Virus record (IMG/VR): IMGVR_UViG_3300032007_000014
Strand: one strand, 5' to 3'
Source of the DNA: a virus
Taxonomy: Duplodnaviria > Caudoviricetes
DNA: 64,000 bases
Part shown: positions 29,971 through 40,658 of the stretch, one piece after another
Numbering within the stretch: position 1 is the first letter of the stretch
Layout: the number at the start of each line of letters is the position of its first letter
The notes under the pieces: model-generated
Seen by the model: the letters and a program-made list of their open reading frames with translations, nothing else
What the model was told of the DNA's origin: nothing
Database searches by the model: none
Program-made: the position numbers and the translations under genes

Positions 29971-30852
29971 TCATTTCACTTTGTCATAAAGCTTGTTGAT
30001 GTTCAGAACAGTATTGTGCTCAAGTGCAAGTTGTCTTGTAGCAGCCATGCTCTGTGCTTCAAAGACCAGAGCAGTTCCTTTCGCCAGCTCACCAAGAGCC
30101 ATGACATCAGCTTTAGCCATGACTGCGTCGTTGGCCTCGATGATGTTGCAGATGCTCTTGAGAACATTCTCGATACGAGTGACAGAAGCTTCCAGTCCTG
30201 CAATTCCTTGGAGATGGGATTCCATGTCCAGCAGAGCAGATTGAGTCATGCGGAACTCTTCCATGGTCTGGTAGGCTTTCACAAAATCAACATTTGTGAC
30301 AGCACCATCTTTGAAATCGTTCTGACATTTTTCAATCACAGGCTGTGCTGCTTTGATGGTTCTTCCAACCACTGCATTGGCTGATGCAACGAGCTGTCCA
30401 GCTTTGCCATCCTCGCGAGAGAGTGACTTGAACACATTGGTGAATGCAACTTCTGCGGTATTCGCAAGATTGGTTGCATTGAGCTTGTTGTAAGCATCCA
30501 GAATGTCCTGACATCCGACCACATAAACAACGTTCATGTTAGCAGGAACAAACATTTGTTGCTTCATGACTTTGTCAAAAGTGAATCCATTGACAGTCCT
30601 CACTTTCAGAACATTGGAGTTCACAAACTCCCTGAGTTCACTCCTTTTCAGAGCTTTCGGGAATTTGGTGAGGTTAGTTCTGAATGTGTTGAGGATGCCG
30701 ATGAATGAATCCGCGACTGACACGAATGCTCTTCCGAGCACATTACCGTTAAGAGCTTCTTGCGAAGCTTCATCCACATTTGCCACAAAAGCAAGGACTT
30801 CGTCAATGCTGGCGAGATACTCCTGCTTTGTTTTTCCTTCCGTGAATTTCAT
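29971..30852 (-). CDS. Putative virion head protein
   Basis: 293 aa, helical, SQE-AL candidate protease site near the N-terminus. Confidence 0.55.
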   Translation of the reverse strand: MKFTEGKTKQEYLASIDEVLAFVANVDEASQEALNGNVLGRAFVSVADSFIGILNTFRTNLTKFPKALKRSELREFVNSNVLKVRTVNGFTFDKVMKQQMFVPANMNVVYVVGCQDILDAYNKLNATNLANTAEVAFTNVFKSLSREDGKAGQLVASANAVVGRTIKAAQPVIEKCQNDFKDGAVTNVDFVKAYQTMEEFRMTQSALLDMESHLQGIAGLEASVTRIENVLKSICNIIEANDAVMAKADVMALGELAKGTALVFEAQSMAATRQLALEHNTVLNINKLYDKVK

Positions 30853-31005
30853 GATTCTTCACCGTTTCGTTATAAAAGTTAAAATAGAAATTCGATTCTA
30901 TCCATGACACAGACTAGTGTATAAAATGGTAAAAGAGGGTTGTGTCCAGGCTTTCACCTGGACACAACCTTCACATTACGAGGCAACGATCTGTCTTACG
31001 ACAGA

Positions 31006-32088
31006 TTATTTCTTCTCACCTTCTCCTTCGCCTTCGGCAGGCTTCGCGGGAGCTTTGGCGGCCTTGACGCAGACATAGGCACTGTAAGCCAGCTTGGTCA
31101 AGCAGGTGTTGCCGAATTTGACCATCTTGTCAGCCTGTGCAGCAACCGCCTTCTTGTTCTTGGCGACAGTCTGCTTCTTCTCATCATCGCCAGCGGCTTT
31201 CGCGGACTTGATGGCTTCAGCATATGCCTTGTCGATGGCGTGGGCCAGTTTCTTCAGGTTCTGATCTGCCAGAGCGCCGAGAGCGATCTTGCAAAGAGCC
31301 TGAGCTTTGCCGGCGTCGTAGCCGAGTTCTGCGAAAGTCTTTTCCTCTTCTTTGAAGGGGAACTCGCCGACTTCCACACCGGCGTCGGTGCGCTTGATGC
31401 CGAGAGCTTCGAGGGTCTTGAACTGACTGTCGATGGACTTGAAGAGAGCTTCACCGACATTACCCAGCTCACCTTTTTCGGCAGCGCCGATGGCCGCGGG
31501 CATGGTGGACTGAACGTTGGCCAGAATTGCAGAGATGGCTTTGAATGCATCGCCGCACTGTTTGGCTTGCGCATAGGTCAGAGCTGTGACCTTCTGGTCT
31601 TTCAGTTCTGCGCCATTCAGCGCGCCCTGATTGGCCTCGATGTACTGTTTGTATTTTTCGTTCTTGTCGAGGATGCGTTTGAACCAATCGACGATCGCCT
31701 TCCAGAGTTTCTCAACACCGGCGATGAACGCATTCCATGCATCACGAGCAAGACCTTCGAGACCGGCGACATACTGACCCTTGAGGGAATCCAGTTCGGA
31801 GACGGACTTGCTCTCGAGGGAAGCAATGCTCAGGGCTTCGAAACCCAGGGCGGTGGACAGATCGCCATTGTGGTCGAAGATTGCCATGTTCGCAGGAACA
31901 CAACCGAACTTCTTGATTGATTCGCAAGCAGATGCGATGTTGTCCATCACAGTCTCTGCTTCCGCAGTGCACGCTTCCGCGGCATACAGGTTCTCAACCG
32001 CCACGTTGTACGCGAGCAGCGCGTCAACGAGATTGGCGTCACCGGCGACATCAGAGATAACCTGCTTCGTTTGTGACTTGAATTTCAT
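31006..32088 (-). CDS. Abundant internal head protein, phiKZ-like paralog family
   Basis: Start MKFKSQ (SD GGAG); AVE/ACE/GFE/SLE/GLE sites then AWNAFIAGVEKLWKAIVDWFKRI helix; GC-rich codons; the ORF-track extension to 32550 is unlikely. Confidence 0.72.
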   Translation of the reverse strand: MKFKSQTKQVISDVAGDANLVDALLAYNVAVENLYAAEACTAEAETVMDNIASACESIKKFGCVPANMAIFDHNGDLSTALGFEALSIASLESKSVSELDSLKGQYVAGLEGLARDAWNAFIAGVEKLWKAIVDWFKRILDKNEKYKQYIEANQGALNGAELKDQKVTALTYAQAKQCGDAFKAISAILANVQSTMPAAIGAAEKGELGNVGEALFKSIDSQFKTLEALGIKRTDAGVEVGEFPFKEEEKTFAELGYDAGKAQALCKIALGALADQNLKKLAHAIDKAYAEAIKSAKAAGDDEKKQTVAKNKKAVAAQADKMVKFGNTCLTKLAYSAYVCVKAAKAPAKPAEGEGEGEKK

Positions 32089-32377
32089 CTGATTGTTCTC
32101 CATTGAAATTGTTTTCACTGTACAGCTTCCAAATTCTTCCGAGAACACACATCTTGACACACGATGTAGATATCTGTTGATCCACTGAAGATCGTATTGA
32201 ATTTGGCTATAATATAGGTGTTTGGTACATTCTCGTATAGTCCATGATGCGAGAATTTGGTTGCATTCATTATCGACTGTCCTTCGATTTTGATTCGTCC
32301 ATGTATGAAACTCCTGTTGTTTTTGGGTTGCCCTGTAGGAGGATCGTAATGATCCTCCTACAGGGGTATTATGTGCT

Positions 32378-32728
32378 TTATTTCTTCTTCTTGGGTTTGT
32401 TGTCATTCCAGTAATCAATTGGGAATACACATTGTACCATGGTTGAAAAGAATCCATCAACCAGAATGAATATCCCAATAAAGAACAGGAATTGATGACT
32501 GTTTGGTTCACCGATTTGGTATTCCAAACGACAGAAGATGTATCCCACAAGCAACAACCTTATCAAGTTAGTTGTGTGGTAACTGATCTTGTGTCCATTT
32601 GGATATTGCTTGATGATCGAGAACCATCTCAGAAAAGTTTCGGGAAAAAACATCGTAGTATCCAGAGAATCAGATACAGTGCTACAACTCCAATTGGAAG
32701 GAGACATCCGATAAACAGACATCCACAT
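32378..32728 (-). CDS. Small membrane protein (true start probably internal)
   Basis: Two hydrophobic segments and a basic tail. Confidence 0.35.
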   Translation of the reverse strand: MWMSVYRMSPSNWSCSTVSDSLDTTMFFPETFLRWFSIIKQYPNGHKISYHTTNLIRLLLVGYIFCRLEYQIGEPNSHQFLFFIGIFILVDGFFSTMVQCVFPIDYWNDNKPKKKK

Positions 32729-32868
32729 CCATTGATGGAACTGATAACCTCTTTCTCCAATTCACATAGTTTCTGTTTGGATAGATTGCGCTGATGTTCT
32801 TTCTCGAGTTTCTTCAACTGATACTCTCTCAGCGCATCCATCTCTTCTTGTAGTGGATCTCTTCGCAT
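32629..32868 (-). CDS. Small membrane protein
   Basis: 79 aa with GCGCLFIGCLLPIGVVALYLILWIL segment. Confidence 0.45.
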   Translation of the reverse strand: MRRDPLQEEMDALREYQLKKLEKEHQRNLSKQKLCELEKEVISSINGCGCLFIGCLLPIGVVALYLILWILRCFFPKLF

Positions 32869-32894
32869 AAGTAAATTCCTTATGTGAGAACGAC

Positions 32895-34448
32895 TCAGAA
32901 CAAATTGTCATTGACTCTGCAAGGAGCTTGCTTTGCATCATCATCTTCTGGTCTATCATCAGCATAAATGTCAGACACAGACATATCCTCTCCATTGATG
33001 TCATCGAGGATACCCAACTTACCGAATCGATAAGCTGTGTACTTCCACTCTGATGGAGTATCATTCACATAACGATGCTTGTTCCATGCCCAAGTCAAAT
33101 ATGGAATTCCTCTGTGATTGTTCTCAATTTCTTGGAAGAACATACAATCGAATTCCCTTTTTAATCCTTTACAGTCCGCAAGATGTGCTTCACCATATCG
33201 TTTCACAATATTGGTTTGTCCACTTGCAGCAAGTCTTCCTGCTTCAGTATCCATCTGCAATCCAGTTGCGAAGAACATGTCGTGATGATTCACATAGTTG
33301 TGGAATCTCTCACCCATCAACTGAATTTGTTTTGCATCATTCATGGCTTTATCTTCAGGACACCTTTTACAAAGAGTGATGTAGTCAAGAACAGTTGCAA
33401 CAACTTTCCCTCCAAGTTTCTCCTGTTTCTCGACTTCTTCAACGAACTCTTTGTATCCAAAAGCTTCACCCATTCGACGCAACACAATCAATTTAAATCC
33501 TCTTTTACTGTAAGTCCTCGAGACGTATTCAACGATCTCTTCATCTTTCAGTCCTTCAGGATCTTTCTTGAATGCATTCACATATGCAGATTGGAACCAT
33601 TGCATCAGGTTCTCATAGATCTCATTCTCCAATGAGATGAACAAGACAATTGGAGTCAGTCCTCCAGTATCCGGTGGATCATTCAAAGTACAGATCCATC
33701 TTGCAATATCCATCAGGATACCAGATTTATAATGATGTGATCTTGCACATATTGCCAAGAACTCACCATATGCTGCTTCTTGTCTTGGACCAAACAATCT
33801 GTTGAATCCTTGCAAACCAAACTTGATTCCACGTTCTGAACGTTTCTTCTTCTGTGCAGTTACTGCTTTCAGAATGGTCTGTGGATTCGTCAGATCAATC
33901 TCATTGATCGGTGCTTGAATTGCATCATCCATATCTGCTTCTTGCATATTGGATTGCAATTCCTTTGCAGATTCCAGAAGTTCATTCAAGATCAAGTCTT
34001 GTCTTTCCACATCTGGTGTTGATGCTGCTTGTTGACTGATACCCAACATACGACGAAGTTTACGGTTACTCTTGGTCCAGATCAATTGATTCCGGATCTT
34101 CTTTACAAGAGATCGTATCCTTGCATCAGATACTGGTTCTGTGTTCGTCAACAATTGCTGAAGATCCTGTACTCTACCAGGATCACTTTTCATGATGGGA
34201 TCATCTGCCAACCGTAGCATCAATCCCGCAATCTCTCCTTTATTGGAGAGTTCCAACTCACCACTCGACACATCCTTCAATATCTTGACATACAAGTTGT
34301 TGACAGGATTGATCAGTGTCTTGTCTTCGGTTGCTGCTTCTTCATACATCTTGATCACAGCATCGACAAACTTCTTCGATGTTGGTCCTGGTGCATAAGA
34401 TGCAAGACACAGAGTGTTGAGATAAATATCAGCTGACTTTATGTTCAC
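32895..34448 (-). CDS. dnaB: DnaB-like replicative helicase
   Basis: ARSHHYKSG Walker A variant, LFISLENE, VLDY, NKHR; divergent from the capsid operon as in phiKZ gp118-120. Confidence 0.82.
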   Translation of the reverse strand: MNIKSADIYLNTLCLASYAPGPTSKKFVDAVIKMYEEAATEDKTLINPVNNLYVKILKDVSSGELELSNKGEIAGLMLRLADDPIMKSDPGRVQDLQQLLTNTEPVSDARIRSLVKKIRNQLIWTKSNRKLRRMLGISQQAASTPDVERQDLILNELLESAKELQSNMQEADMDDAIQAPINEIDLTNPQTILKAVTAQKKKRSERGIKFGLQGFNRLFGPRQEAAYGEFLAICARSHHYKSGILMDIARWICTLNDPPDTGGLTPIVLFISLENEIYENLMQWFQSAYVNAFKKDPEGLKDEEIVEYVSRTYSKRGFKLIVLRRMGEAFGYKEFVEEVEKQEKLGGKVVATVLDYITLCKRCPEDKAMNDAKQIQLMGERFHNYVNHHDMFFATGLQMDTEAGRLAASGQTNIVKRYGEAHLADCKGLKREFDCMFFQEIENNHRGIPYLTWAWNKHRYVNDTPSEWKYTAYRFGKLGILDDINGEDMSVSDIYADDRPEDDDAKQAPCRVNDNLF

Positions 34449-34568
34449 TGTTGTTTACCTTGATTTGTCACTGTTCCGTTGATTTAAACTAGGCTTTTCG
34501 CCGAACCTATTATATGTAAAATCAATGTAAATAATAACACAGTCGAATGTGTTGACTAAACAAGGAGT

Positions 34569-36242
34569 ATGACCATGCGTCCATTCATCAGATATATCGG
34601 TACTCATCATTGTGATGATGCTGAATATATGTGGTACAATGATCCTTGTCGTGCATTCCATGAATTGAACCACGATGCTCAAGCATACTTTTTGCTTGGT
34701 CAGTCCATCGTGCTTCATTATTTTGACAAACTGTTTCGTTGGACTTCGCAACCATTGGTTGCTGAATATGCAGGTTATGTGAAAGGTCTGGTTTCAGAAC
34801 TGTCAGCATCTGCAATCAACAATACAGATGTCATGGAGACTGTCAACATTTGTAAAGAACTGTTCAGTTGTGTGTATGAAGGAGACAACGGTGTCTTCAT
34901 TCATCGTCCTCTTGACAAAGCACACATTACACATGTTCTGTTTGACAGTGCATTTGACAAAGATATTCCACAACCTTGCTCACCCAACTTTGCAGTTCCA
35001 TTCATATCCATGATCAATGCAACAGCAAAGTGCTACAGTGGTATTTATATTGAGGATCGCGTTTACGCGGCTTCTCCTGATTTTCCGATCCTCAGTATCA
35101 GAGATGGTGTGCTCAATTGTGAGAAGAGGGATAAATATTCTATAGGGAAATCCTTTGTTTTGGACGAACAAGTGATGACTTCTCCCAATTTGAAGGCTTA
35201 TCCCCTTTTGCAAATGTATGCAATGACGGAAGTGGAAGACAAAGACATTGAGACGATCTTTGCATGTATCGGCTCCATGTGCATGCATGGAGATTTATTG
35301 CTTATGCAGACGAGTATGCAGAGACTATCATATGTACTCTTCTGTTCGGTTTTCGAACGGAGTGTCTTCTGCAACATCGATCGGCTCTCAGCCGGTGATG
35401 GAAGATGTATTCATCCATCACAGATGTATGAAGCGCTGTTTGAGTTTATCAGCATTCTTCACAAACGTTGTGGAGTTGGCGCACCTGACAAAAAGTTGCT
35501 CAACTCTATCATCGAAAGAGGATGCTGTTTCGGGAATGATTCGGACAGAAAACGTCCGACTCTTGTCGAATATCTCAAACAAGAAGATCCGGCAACTGTA
35601 TCAACCGAGATGTACAAAGCGTTCAAGAACAGTTCGCTTGCGTGCATCGAAGAATACGATATCTTTTCTCAGAACTTCGTGTCGTCGCAGGAAGCTCAGG
35701 AAGACGATCTTGATGATCCCTCTGACAGTGCTCCACCTGAGGACGAAGGCGATGATGAGAACGAGGAAGCGGAGCCAGATGCTACGCCAGATGATGATCC
35801 AATGCCTGAAGAAGATTCTGATGCCGACACACCGTCAGATGACGCTGCTCAGGATGACACCTTGGATGATCCAGATGGTGACACTGCACCTGACGAAACC
35901 GAAGGTGACGATGATTCGGAGGATGAAGGTTCCGACACACAGCCATCATCAGATCCACCATTGAACACTTCCGACCCACGTGGAATCGTTATCAAAATTG
36001 TCTCGCCCGATGATGAAACACCTGACTCCATCATTTTCAAAGAGGAGATGGGGAATTATCTGAAAGCCTTGCTGAAGAATCCTCCAGCTACTATGTCACC
36101 GCAACATGTACAGTTGTTGACTAAGCTGTGGAAAAACTGGCTGTACGCGCTAGACGTCCAAACGATAACGAAGATTGTGGCATTTGCCACGAAGTTACCG
36201 GTAACCATGAAACGTTTAACAAATGGAGATTCTCCACAATGA
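34569..36242 (+). CDS. Head-associated protein with long acidic tract (position of phiKZ gp119)
   Basis: 557 aa, ~85-aa D/E-rich segment after SQE, ATGA overlap with the capsid gene. Confidence 0.55.
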   Translation: MTMRPFIRYIGTHHCDDAEYMWYNDPCRAFHELNHDAQAYFLLGQSIVLHYFDKLFRWTSQPLVAEYAGYVKGLVSELSASAINNTDVMETVNICKELFSCVYEGDNGVFIHRPLDKAHITHVLFDSAFDKDIPQPCSPNFAVPFISMINATAKCYSGIYIEDRVYAASPDFPILSIRDGVLNCEKRDKYSIGKSFVLDEQVMTSPNLKAYPLLQMYAMTEVEDKDIETIFACIGSMCMHGDLLLMQTSMQRLSYVLFCSVFERSVFCNIDRLSAGDGRCIHPSQMYEALFEFISILHKRCGVGAPDKKLLNSIIERGCCFGNDSDRKRPTLVEYLKQEDPATVSTEMYKAFKNSSLACIEEYDIFSQNFVSSQEAQEDDLDDPSDSAPPEDEGDDENEEAEPDATPDDDPMPEEDSDADTPSDDAAQDDTLDDPDGDTAPDETEGDDDSEDEGSDTQPSSDPPLNTSDPRGIVIKIVSPDDETPDSIIFKEEMGNYLKALLKNPPATMSPQHVQLLTKLWKNWLYALDVQTITKIVAFATKLPVTMKRLTNGDSPQ

Positions 36243-38416
36243 GTAAAGAAACTCTCAAGTCATTCCTCGGAGCGATTGACAGCTCTGTGATGAATGAACA
36301 GACTGGCAGACTCCCTGACGACTTCGACGGCGCTGTCGCTTTCGTTGGTTCCAAAGTCCAGGCTTTCCTGGAATCGAACCATCTGGTGACTCCCAAGAAG
36401 ATGAACAACACCACGATCTTCGCCGCCAACGAGTCATATCAGGCTGACGCCATCGAAAACACTCTCGGTGCGAACGCAATCGTCGATCTGGTGAAGGACT
36501 GCCATATCGCCGGCGCCAATCTCGGCGTGGCCGCCAAGAAAGTCGGACAGCTTCTGTACGCTGCTCTTGGCCAAGACAATGCCTCCGTTTTCTCCGCCTA
36601 CAGCAAAGGCCAGGATCAGGTCGACGGCACCATCGCCCTCGAGACCCTGTATCCCTCCGCCCTCATGCCGACCATCAATGATGTCGGTATGGAAGCGTTC
36701 GGCATCCAGATGGACCGCGTGCAGCCCGACCTGAAGGTCATCCTGACCGTCGCTCTGCTGCAGTTCCACACCTCCCTGACTCCCCGCGTCGTCCCCGTGC
36801 AGGCCATCGGCCAGGGCAATGTGACGATCGTCCGTGAGAATCTCACGATCCACGACCTGTCCGAGCCCAAAGCCAAACCGATCCGCATGATCAACCTGTA
36901 CAAAGACCCGACCCCCGTCAGCACCGTTCTGAAACGCATCGTCCCGCTCGTGGCGAATGACGACGCTCAGGATCCGAAACTCGTCGCCGACGGCATCTAC
37001 AAGTTCGAGAAAGTCATCAACATGTTCGATCTCGCTCTGGATGCCAGCAAGCCCGGCTATGAGAAGTACAACCACACGGACTTCGTTGAAGACAACATCT
37101 TCATCGACGGTCTGTATATCAACCTGACCAAGGCCGGCACGCCCGCACAGGGCACCGAAGGCGAAGATGGCTACGTCGCGGCTACCGCAGCAGTGACCGA
37201 GCAGTTCTTCGTCAAGGTTCCGCAGAGCAAGGGCCGTCTGACTCAGATGACGAACACCCAGAAGTCGACCGATCGTTACGTCAACATCGACCGCTTCCCC
37301 GTCATCCTGACCAAAGACAGCACCATCATTCCGGCTTCCGCCAACGCCTCCGATGCGTCCGAAATTCTGGCTGGTCTCACCGTCAACCAGGGCATCCTGA
37401 TCAACTTCAACGTCAGCGCCCACGTGGATCGTGAGTACTCCATCCTCGACGCCAAGGGTTTCGCCACCGTCGCGGCCTACAACAAACTGACCGCTCCCAC
37501 CGACGATGAGAAGGCTTTCGCCAAATCTCTGACCGTCAAGATGGTTGGCTTCACCCTCGATGCTCGTTACAACGAGGACAACAAGCGCAAGTCCAACGTC
37601 CGCGGCAATCTGCAGCGCCGTTCGATTAGCTACGAGCTGCCTGGCGGCCGTAACTTCATCATGGACAACGCCATCGGTCAGGAAGGCATGGTCAATGCGG
37701 CCGCACGTCTGGCTCAGCTCGAGCACATCGGCCGTGACGCCAAGAACCTGGACATCATCACTGGCGTGATGAACTCCGTCCACGACGAATTCGAGATGCT
37801 CGGCAGTGGTGAGTTCGCTCGCGACGTCCTCGGCGCGCAGTATGCGGCTGGCGATATCGTGAACCCCTACACCTACATCGATACCATCGATTTCAGTCAG
37901 GTCGTGACCGTCCGTTCTGGCGATGCCTCCGGCGACATCAAGCAGTTCGTGAAAACCAAGCTGACGAAGATCACTTCCAGCATCCTCGCGAACTCCTTCT
38001 TCGCCCAGCAGCTGGCTGACAACGCGAAAGTCGTCTTCCGCGCCATCACCAGCAACACGATCCTCGGCAACACCATCATGGCAAAGCACTACCATGACGC
38101 TCTGAACTGCGATGTCGCAGCCAACGGCGGCGTGGAACATGCCATCGTCCTGGACAACGGCGTCGTGATCGAATTCGTGACCACGACCTTCGAGTCCATG
38201 TCGGATCGTATGATCCTGATCCCGTTCCTGGCCAACAGCCCGAGCTCCGTTCTGAACTTCGGTACGGACTACGACCAGGGTACCATGATCGGATCCTACA
38301 CGAACACCCAGGATGGCGCTGCACATCAGCGTCTCTTCTCCGTCACCCGTGAGCTGCTGATCCCGACCAACGTGATCGGCGCGGTCCTCGACATTGTCGG
38401 TCTGGACTCTCTCTGA
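36239..38416 (+). CDS. Major capsid protein (phiKZ gp120-like), ~725 aa
   Basis: Size, GME-AF propeptide site, strong GC-rich codon bias, synteny with the helicase. Confidence 0.8.
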   Translation: MSKETLKSFLGAIDSSVMNEQTGRLPDDFDGAVAFVGSKVQAFLESNHLVTPKKMNNTTIFAANESYQADAIENTLGANAIVDLVKDCHIAGANLGVAAKKVGQLLYAALGQDNASVFSAYSKGQDQVDGTIALETLYPSALMPTINDVGMEAFGIQMDRVQPDLKVILTVALLQFHTSLTPRVVPVQAIGQGNVTIVRENLTIHDLSEPKAKPIRMINLYKDPTPVSTVLKRIVPLVANDDAQDPKLVADGIYKFEKVINMFDLALDASKPGYEKYNHTDFVEDNIFIDGLYINLTKAGTPAQGTEGEDGYVAATAAVTEQFFVKVPQSKGRLTQMTNTQKSTDRYVNIDRFPVILTKDSTIIPASANASDASEILAGLTVNQGILINFNVSAHVDREYSILDAKGFATVAAYNKLTAPTDDEKAFAKSLTVKMVGFTLDARYNEDNKRKSNVRGNLQRRSISYELPGGRNFIMDNAIGQEGMVNAAARLAQLEHIGRDAKNLDIITGVMNSVHDEFEMLGSGEFARDVLGAQYAAGDIVNPYTYIDTIDFSQVVTVRSGDASGDIKQFVKTKLTKITSSILANSFFAQQLADNAKVVFRAITSNTILGNTIMAKHYHDALNCDVAANGGVEHAIVLDNGVVIEFVTTTFESMSDRMILIPFLANSPSSVLNFGTDYDQGTMIGSYTNTQDGAAHQRLFSVTRELLIPTNVIGAVLDIVGLDSL

Positions 38417-38564
38417 GTGATCTGAGAGCGGTGCAAATCCGCAAAACGTGATGCAACTCCACGTACACGGGTTCTGCCCGTGTACGTGGTTTATTTTTCA
38501 ATATCTTATAGATCTGGGAGATCACCATACTTTTCCAACATTCCTTACATAGGAGGAACACACC

Positions 38565-38948
38565 ATGAGTGAAGAAGCAACAAAAGACAAAAAAGGTTAT
38601 TGGGTGAAAATCGTCCGCGCGGTTCTGGCTGCGTTGGCTGCTGCCGCCATCGGTTATGGCGCTGCAAAGTTTGGACTGCTCGAGACAGAGGCTGACAAAC
38701 AGCATGTCGAAAACATCAAGACCGCGGTCACCAAATCCATCCAGGGCGAAGAGCTGACTGAGAAGGAAGCCACGGATGCCACCACCGGCGCCATCGTCGT
38801 GACTGGCAAAGTCGTGCAGAAGACTCAGGAAGCCAAGAAAGCGGAATCCGCGAAGGATGCCAAAGCTGCTGATGCAAAGAAAGCGGCTGAACCGGCGAAA
38901 GATGCAAAAGCGGATGCCAAAGCCGCTCCTGCTGAAGCAAAAAAATAA
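38565..38948 (+). CDS. Signal-anchored Ala/Lys-rich small protein
   Basis: SD AGGAGG; N-terminal TM and AKDAKA repeats. Confidence 0.55.
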   Translation: MSEEATKDKKGYWVKIVRAVLAALAAAAIGYGAAKFGLLETEADKQHVENIKTAVTKSIQGEELTEKEATDATTGAIVVTGKVVQKTQEAKKAESAKDAKAADAKKAAEPAKDAKADAKAAPAEAKK

Positions 38949-38960
38949 TACATACTGCAA

Positions 38961-38995
38961 CATCTGAACCCCAGGATTTCCCTGGGGTTCAGATG
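38961..38995. terminator. Bidirectional hairpin
   Basis: CATCTGAACCCCAGG...CCTGGGGTTCAGATG between convergent genes. Confidence 0.65.
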
Positions 38996-39019
38996 CTTAT
39001 TTGAGTTCATATTACAGAT

Positions 39020-39871
39020 TCACTTTTCACCGACAAGAGATCCGTGACGAGAACCCGCACTTCCTTTCGACACAGTCGGAACGAAAGTATATCCCTGATT
39101 GATGATCTGATTCATCGCGGAACGCAATCCGGTACAGTTCTTTCCGATCCGAACTGAAATCCAGTGGTATTTACCAAGACTGTTGTTCATTTTCGGATCA
39201 CGGAGTCCCACGACGTACAACGTGTAGACCGCACCGTCGAACTGTTTGTAGAACATGAGATTGCAAAGCAGATTCCAGATGTCGATGATCTTCATGTCGA
39301 TCTGTTCCCATTCCATCAAATGAATGAGTCCCAAGTCAACGCACAGATAGTACATTGCAGACGGGTAAACATTCGTGTTGTTGGATACTCTGCTCGCATA
39401 ACGGCGATTCGCCATCGTGCGGATGAACTTGCGAGCTCCCTTGATGATGACATCGAGATCTGTTTTGATGCTCTTCGTCATGCCTTTGTACTCAAGGCCG
39501 AGAATGAAGAACATCAGCAGGATCACGTAGTCGCAATGAGCCATCTTTCCGGTGAGGAACTCACTGATGGGATCAGAAAGGATGCAGTACTTCTTGCAGT
39601 ATTTCTGCATGCTTTCATCAACGACACGTGCGATGTCAGCAACGACTTCGCGATCCGCGACACTCACTCCTGCGTGCTTCTTGTCCGGAATCAAGACCTT
39701 GTAGATCTTGTCTGTCAGATCTGGCGGGAGAGGGAACTGAATTTGAGCTTTCTGGATCGGAGGAACGGTGGTGTTGGTAGTGGTTGATGCACCGGTGCTG
39801 CGACTGGATCTCTTCCTGGCTTTCGTCTGACTGGATCCCGATTTTGTTGCTTTTGCCTTGCTGGTTGCCAT
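39020..39871 (-). CDS. Hypothetical protein with basic S/T/K/R-rich N-terminus
   Basis: 283 aa, SD AGGAGG. Confidence 0.55.
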   Translation of the reverse strand: MATSKAKATKSGSSQTKARKRSSRSTGASTTTNTTVPPIQKAQIQFPLPPDLTDKIYKVLIPDKKHAGVSVADREVVADIARVVDESMQKYCKKYCILSDPISEFLTGKMAHCDYVILLMFFILGLEYKGMTKSIKTDLDVIIKGARKFIRTMANRRYASRVSNNTNVYPSAMYYLCVDLGLIHLMEWEQIDMKIIDIWNLLCNLMFYKQFDGAVYTLYVVGLRDPKMNNSLGKYHWISVRIGKNCTGLRSAMNQIINQGYTFVPTVSKGSAGSRHGSLVGEK

Positions 39872-40010
39872 TGGGCACCTCCTGTTGGGTTTAAATTTGC
39901 CTTATAACCTAATGATGGTATAAGGACTGGTTCAATGTATGTTTGCTGAAAATATTTAAACACATGGTGTGCAGGCACGATAACCTGCACACCATGTATG
40001 AAGAGGGAAT

Positions 40011-40277
40011 TTACTCAAGCAAGTCATCTTCACAAAGTCTGACAATTTGCATGAGAATGGCGATTGTCAAGAACAACGGCCACAATATTCCAAACAGTAA
40101 GCATGCGATGATGACAGATGCACCATGCACCAACTGATCGCTAAGGGTATAGGATACCTTCTTCTCCCGTTCAGTCCGTATCATATTTTTAATGGAGAGA
40201 AGTATCACCAATACCGCTACAATGGAGTATGCGATAAGCATAACATTCCTTTCTGTTACGAGGTTCGTATCCATCAA
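40011..40277 (-). CDS. Small two-TM membrane protein
   Basis: Two hydrophobic helices in 88 aa. Confidence 0.4.
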   Translation of the reverse strand: MMDTNLVTERNVMLIAYSIVAVLVILLSIKNMIRTEREKKVSYTLSDQLVHGASVIIACLLFGILWPLFLTIAILMQIVRLCEDDLLE

Positions 40278-40338
40278 TAAGATAAATTAAGAACTCTTCA
40301 TCCCTTGCAATAGGGATGAAGAGCTCCTTGTCATCTCA

Positions 40339-40629
40339 TCAAGCAAGTGCTGCTTCGATTGCAGCTTTTGCTTTGTTGATACTTTCCGCGACAGTGTATT
40401 TCTCCTGCACTTCAGCATAGAGAAGACGTTTGCTTCCATCAGCAAAAGTCTGCACGCACGTTGTGCGATTGTTGTTGCGGAAGATTTTCACTGTCTTGGA
40501 ATTCTTCTTGAACACGACTTCGTCTGTTCCTTCTTTGATGAACTCAACATCACTGAAGTACTTTTTCACAGCTTCAGCGATGGTCAGTTCTGTCGACTGA
40601 GAAGATTTCTTCTTTCCCATGATTATCAC
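40339..40629 (-). CDS. Small basic hypothetical protein
   Basis: ~93-96 aa, SD AGGAGG. Confidence 0.5.
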   Translation of the reverse strand: MIIMGKKKSSQSTELTIAEAVKKYFSDVEFIKEGTDEVVFKKNSKTVKIFRNNNRTTCVQTFADGSKRLLYAEVQEKYTVAESINKAKAAIEAALA

Positions 40630-40658
40630 TCCTATCTATGAAGGTTGGATGATATTGC

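Noticed and set aside
32089-32550. N-terminal extension of the 514-aa ORF
   Set aside because: It crosses a terminator-like hairpin and another ORF; codon bias and the SD point to a start at 32088
36434-38326. 630-aa minus-strand ORF
   Set aside because: Antisense shadow of the major capsid gene
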